Below are positions 59,422 through 64,000 of a DNA stretch of 64,000 nucleotides, in pieces. Under the pieces are notes generated by a model. That model saw nothing but the letters and a program-made list of their open reading frames with translations, was not told where the DNA came from and made no database searches. Numbering within the stretch: the first letter of the stretch is position 1; the number at the start of each line of letters is the position of its first letter. The stretch is from Armatimonadota bacterium (GTDB lineage Bacteria > Armatimonadota > SYMT01), in contig JBKBRF010000002.1 of the NCBI GenBank assembly GCA_046292385.1, positions 32,001 to 96,000 on the forward strand, written 5' to 3'. Both the position numbers and the translations under genes were made by a program.

Positions 59422-60183
59422 TCAGGCGTCAGGGCTCTGGTCGTTCAGGGCGGCCAGCGCCTTGCCGATATACTCGGCGACTTCCGGCTCGTAGGCGGTC
59501 TGGTGCTGGGCCGCGATCTGCTCGCCCTGCTCCGCCCAGAGACGGTTCAGCGATTCCCGGATGCCGGGGTCGCCGCCGGTGAACTCCTCGATCAGGGCGT
59601 TCCACCTCCGCGCCAGCGCCAGCGCTTCGGGCGCGGTTGGGTCGGTGCCTTTCGCCATCTCCGCCTTCACGTCGGCGGTCAGGTCGGCCCAGTCCTGCGG
59701 GGCCTGCCGCATCCGCTCCTCGCCGGCTGCCTGCCGGCGCTGCTCCAGGTACGCCAGCTGCTCCGGCGTGTAGTAGCTCTCCACCATCGTCATCTCCTTG
59801 ATCGTGCGGAGCAGCTCGTCCGTGGGGACCTTCTCCTCCGCGTGGAAGTGCGCCGCCAGCGCCTCCAGGCGCTCGCAGAGCCCGCGCTGCCGCTCCATCT
59901 GCTCCCGCAGGCGAGTGACGTGGAGCCGGATCACCTCCACGGGTAGGTAGCGCCGGTGGTGCAGGCAGTCCCGGATCTCCTCCAGGGAGAGGCCGAGCCC
60001 CCGCAGGGAGAGCACCTGCTGCAGCCGCGCCACGTCGTCCGGGGTGTACAGCCGGTACCCCGCCTCCGTGTGCCGCGACGGCTTCAGCAGGCCGATCTCG
60101 TCGTAGTGGTGCAGCGTCCGGATCGTCAGGCCGGTCCGCCGCGCCAGCTCCCCCACCTGCAGCGCCCCGCTCGCTTCGCTCAT
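59422..60183 (-). CDS. tipA: MerR family regulator with a TipAS antibiotic-recognition domain
   Basis: VGELARRTGLTIRTLHHYDEIGLL; C-terminal GTDPTAPEALALARRW. Confidence 0.88.
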   Translation of the reverse strand: MSEASGALQVGELARRTGLTIRTLHHYDEIGLLKPSRHTEAGYRLYTPDDVARLQQVLSLRGLGLSLEEIRDCLHHRRYLPVEVIRLHVTRLREQMERQRGLCERLEALAAHFHAEEKVPTDELLRTIKEMTMVESYYTPEQLAYLEQRRQAAGEERMRQAPQDWADLTADVKAEMAKGTDPTAPEALALARRWNALIEEFTGGDPGIRESLNRLWAEQGEQIAAQHQTAYEPEVAEYIGKALAALNDQSPDA

Positions 60184-60222
60184 CCCGGCTCCTCCGCCCG
60201 CGGGACCGCGGGCTACGGAGAG

Positions 60223-60253
60223 ACGATAAAGCCTCACGTTACGTAAGGCTCAA
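60223..60253 (-). promoter_or_regulatory. MerR-type promoter with a 19-bp spacer and operator palindrome
   Basis: TTGAGC-19 bp-TATCGT; AGCCTCACGT-T-ACGTAAGGCT dyad with 1 mismatch. Confidence 0.85.
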
Positions 60254-60340
60254 GGGGCATTTTGCCCCGGGCCGCCGCCCTTTCGCCACCGGCGGAACGT
60301 CTCCCGGCTGGGCGTGCGGCCTGGACAGCCTCGCGGCGCG

Positions 60341-60727
60341 CTAATGCTGCTGCGCGATCTGGATGAGGTTGCCGCAGGTGTCGTCGAACACGGCGGTGGT
60401 GACCGGTCCCATGTTCACCGGCGGCTGGGTGAACTGCACGCCGGCGGACCGGAGGCGGTCGTACTCCGCCTGCACGTCCCCCACGCCGAACGAGGTGTAC
60501 GGAATGCCGTCCTGCACCAGCGCCTTCTTGAAGACCCCTGCCGCGGGATGAGCATCCGGCTCCAGCACCAGCTCCGTGCCGTCCTCATGACCGGGCGAGA
60601 CCAGGGTCAACCACCGGTACTCCCCCATCGGGATGTCGTGCTTCTTCACGAACCCGAGAAGGTCCGTGTAGAAGCGCAGCGCCTTTTCCTGGTCGTCCAC
60701 GAGGACGCTCGTCACGACGATCTTCAT
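60341..60727 (-). CDS. VOC/glyoxalase family protein
   Basis: VDDQEKALRFYTDLLGF and FDDTCGNLIQI motifs. Confidence 0.92.
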   Translation of the reverse strand: MKIVVTSVLVDDQEKALRFYTDLLGFVKKHDIPMGEYRWLTLVSPGHEDGTELVLEPDAHPAAGVFKKALVQDGIPYTSFGVGDVQAEYDRLRSAGVQFTQPPVNMGPVTTAVFDDTCGNLIQIAQQH

Positions 60728-61011
60728 TCCTTGCCTCCGTCTTTGGGATCGAGCCAGCGCCTGGCGATGGCTTCCAACGGTGCCGTGTCGAGATAGTGGT
60801 ACTTGTACCGCCCCTCGCGCCGGGTGGTAAGCAGCCCGGCAGCTTCCAGTACGTCGAGGTGCTGGGAGATCGCCTGCCGGGTCAGCGTGATGCCATGCTG
60901 CATCGCCAGGCGCGCGCAGATCTCGAACAACGTCTGGCCGTCCCGCTCCCGCAGGGCGTCCAGGATCGCACGCCTCGCCGGCGCGGACAGGGCTTCGAAC
61001 ACGTCAGCCAT
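60724..61011 (-). CDS. ArsR/SmtB family transcriptional regulator
   Basis: VFEALSAPARRAIL, TRQAISQHLDVLE and RREGR motifs. Confidence 0.92.
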   Translation of the reverse strand: MADVFEALSAPARRAILDALRERDGQTLFEICARLAMQHGITLTRQAISQHLDVLEAAGLLTTRREGRYKYHYLDTAPLEAIARRWLDPKDGGKE

Positions 61012-61168
61012 AGCCAGTTATAGGCAAGTCATCACTTGCATGTCAGGAGACCGATTAAAACTCGTGCCGGCGCGCTCTTCCCCGTCTCTAGCAGCTCCAG
61101 GACCGGGCCGAGATCGTAGATGCAGCCCCAGCTGCCGGCCGCCGCGCGCCTTCCCGCCGGGCACCCGC

Positions 61169-62311
61169 TCAGCCGGACAGCCCGGGAGCGCCGGAGCTCT
61201 TCCCGTCTCGGCGCGCCGCCCGCCTGCGCCTGCCGCTCATGCGGTTCCACCACATCAGCCCCCCGGTAACGAACAAGATGGCGGGGGTCAGCCCCACGAG
61301 GACGTGTACCAGCCGGCTGAAGAGGCCGCCGTACCTGCCGATGTGCACCGGATAGCGCAAGTTGAGGAGCCGGGGGGCCGCCGGCGCGAGCAGCGCGTTG
61401 TCGGCACGGAGCACCGCTCCCGTGTACTGGTCGAGGTAGACGAAGCTCATGCCGTTGGGGTGCAGCTCCTGGGGCAGTCGACCGCGGACCACCACCGCGG
61501 CCTCCGGCTTTGCGGCCGGCGTGATCCGCGTCGGGATCAGCCCTGGCAGTGCCGCGCGGGCGGCGCGCACCAGTCCGTCGAGGGGAAGCGGCCGCGCTCC
61601 CGGTCGAGGGGTGGAGGAGGGCCGGGGCGGGGGCGGCGGCGTGCGGGTCAGCCGGTAGGCAGCCTCGGTGAAGAAGGTGCCGAACACGAGCGCCGCCCCG
61701 GTGAGGGCGATGAGGAGCAGCAGCGGAACCGCCAGGATGCCGCCGACCCGGTGCAGGTCGAAGTTCACTCGCTTCCAGCTGGCCCGCCACTGGACCGTGA
61801 GCCCCTGGCGGAGCTGCTTCGGCCACCAGAGCACCACTCCGGTCACGCCCAGGAAGATCAGCAGCAGCCCGCCGGTGCCGACCACCGTCTCGCCGGCGTC
61901 ACCAGCGAGCAGATGTGCGTGAAAATCGAAGAGGAAGCTGACCGGGTCACCCCGCAGGGAGCGGGTGCCCAGGATTGCTCCGCTGGCCGGATCGACGTAG
62001 ACCCGCAGCTCGCGGCCGTTCAGCCAGATCTCGTAGGTCTCTTCCGGCGTGCCGGGCGGCAGGATCTGCTGGAGGCGGTGCTCCGGATAGGCGCTCCGGA
62101 CCGTGCTCAGGACCGCGTCCAGCGAGACCGCCGGGCTGTTTTGCCGTGCCGTCGACGGAGCGCTCGCGCGGAGCAGCCGCGGGTGAAGCAGGGCGTCGAT
62201 CTCGGGACTGAAGACGAGCAGGCTGCCGGTGAGGCCCGTGAGCGAGACCAGCAGGCCGACCGCGAGCCCGATGTACAGATGCAGATTGAAGAGGAGCCGG
62301 CGCAGCTTCAC
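61169..62311 (-). CDS. PepSY-associated TM helix protein (iron-regulated reductase type)
   Basis: LHLYIGL..G, VYVDPASG, FHAHL, DLHRVGG and VHIG His-bearing TM motifs. Confidence 0.9.
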   Translation of the reverse strand: MKLRRLLFNLHLYIGLAVGLLVSLTGLTGSLLVFSPEIDALLHPRLLRASAPSTARQNSPAVSLDAVLSTVRSAYPEHRLQQILPPGTPEETYEIWLNGRELRVYVDPASGAILGTRSLRGDPVSFLFDFHAHLLAGDAGETVVGTGGLLLIFLGVTGVVLWWPKQLRQGLTVQWRASWKRVNFDLHRVGGILAVPLLLLIALTGAALVFGTFFTEAAYRLTRTPPPPPRPSSTPRPGARPLPLDGLVRAARAALPGLIPTRITPAAKPEAAVVVRGRLPQELHPNGMSFVYLDQYTGAVLRADNALLAPAAPRLLNLRYPVHIGRYGGLFSRLVHVLVGLTPAILFVTGGLMWWNRMSGRRRRAARRDGKSSGAPGLSG

Positions 62312-62363
62312 CGCGGCACTCCGGGAGGAGCCGGTGGCTGCGCCGGCTCCTCCCAATATCGGA

Positions 62364-63125
<762 letters not shown>

Positions 63126-63314
63126 TCCGAAAACTACTCCTATTCGGGGATCGCTGAGCGATGATCCGCGCCAGGCCGTAAGCTCGGCCGGCTGGCGCTC
63201 GCAAACCGGAGCAGCGCCCCGCGCTCTACCTTGGTGACCGATGAAGCCATCGGGTGCGCCGAGCGGGATCTTATCACCTCTTAACTCGCGATGGCCGGTC
63301 CGGGTGGAATATTT

Positions 63315-63330
63315 TTTAATCTAGACTAAA
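63315..63330. promoter_or_regulatory. Putative metal-repressor (DtxR/MntR-like) operator
   Basis: TTTAATCTAGACTAAA near-perfect palindrome in an isolated AT-rich patch upstream of the DUF1559-PepSY pair. Confidence 0.5.
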
Positions 63331-63485
63331 TCCTCGACCGGCGCTGAGCGCTCTCGCTCTTCGCGCGCAGGGCTTCGACCGGCGCCGGGGATCCGTTCAC
63401 CCCGGCAGGCATGGGGCGACGCGGCGGAAGCACTCCTCGCCGTCGTCCACGGCGTCGTTCTCACGCCGTCGGAAGCAGCTTCGCG

Positions 63486-64000
63486 CTACGGTGCGGGCGG
63501 GCCGGAGAGTCCCAGCTCCGCGCGGATCACCTGCCGAAGCGCCCGGTGAAGCCACTCCGCGCTCCCCTCCAGCTTGAGCCCGCGTCCCTGGAGCACGACG
63601 GAGCCCCCACCGGCCTGGCGCGCCAGTACCGACTTGAGGCGGGTGCCGCTCGCCCGGCGCAGGGTGACGGTGACGCGCTGCCGTCCGGGGGAGACCGTCT
63701 CCACCGGCACGTCCAGCTCCCGGATCAGCTCGAGCAGCTCCTCCGTTCCCTCCCGACCGACCACCCGCAGCTCGTGCGCGCCTCCGATCCGGAGAATGCC
63801 GTCGATGCCGTACGGCACCAGTGAGTCCCGCGCATCGGGACGGGCGGAGCGGGGGACGTGGGAGTTGCCGGGGTACTGCTCCCGCCCGAACAGCGCGATC
63901 AGCTCCGCGGCGGTGCGGTGCTTCAAGCGCAGCGTGTGCGGCGCGGAGGGGGGCGCCCCCTGCGAGCCGGTGTGGGCCCGCGCCGGCAGTCCCACCCCGA
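63486..64000 (-). CDS. Hypothetical protein with a secretin-N (NolW-like) domain; 5' end probably outside the window
   Basis: LRLKHRTAAELIALF...LVPYGIDGI...LRVVG...LLELIRELDVP. Confidence 0.5.
   Translation of the reverse strand, partial: GVGLPARAHTGSQGAPPSAPHTLRLKHRTAAELIALFGREQYPGNSHVPRSARPDARDSLVPYGIDGILRIGGAHELRVVGREGTEELLELIRELDVPVETVSPGRQRVTVTLRRASGTRLKSVLARQAGGGSVVLQGRGLKLEGSAEWLHRALRQVIRAELGLSGPPAP

Noticed and set aside
63126..63310. Riboswitch upstream of the DUF1559 gene
   Set aside because: I could not recognise cobalamin, TPP, FMN or SAM core motifs. An Rfam/Infernal scan would be decisive.

Overview
This is a 64-kb window of a very GC-rich bacterial chromosome. An adjacent yggS-sepF pair, a prepilin/DUF1559/H-X9-DG protein and many secreted ThuA, HEAT, FG-GAP and DUF1080 proteins suggest Armatimonadota (inference). 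About 50 CDS are supportable. I saw no rRNA, tRNA, CRISPR array, integrase or transposase. Highlights: (1) A ~16-kb arabinan/L-arabinose locus (ROK repressor, two GH51, GH43, ABC components) has no araA/araB/araD. It instead encodes a plant-ARA1-like kinase, GalT, a GalE/UXE-type epimerase and an IMPase-family phosphatase, making it a candidate Leloir-type L-arabinose to D-xylose pathway. (2) A coupled class-III aminotransferase-luxE-luxC operon without luciferase is a candidate acid-to-amine module. (3) Three direct copies of that operon's promoter, hairpin and 5' end are separated by opposite-strand cargo genes, suggesting a serial insertion hotspot. (4) A DUF1559 pilin-like gene and a PepSY-TM gene lie behind a DtxR/MntR-like box. 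(5) A tipA-like gene has a MerR-type promoter and an internal start. (6) Many families of intergenic MITE/REP-like repeats are present, some of which rewrite gene ends. All product calls come from motif recognition by eye; no searches were run.
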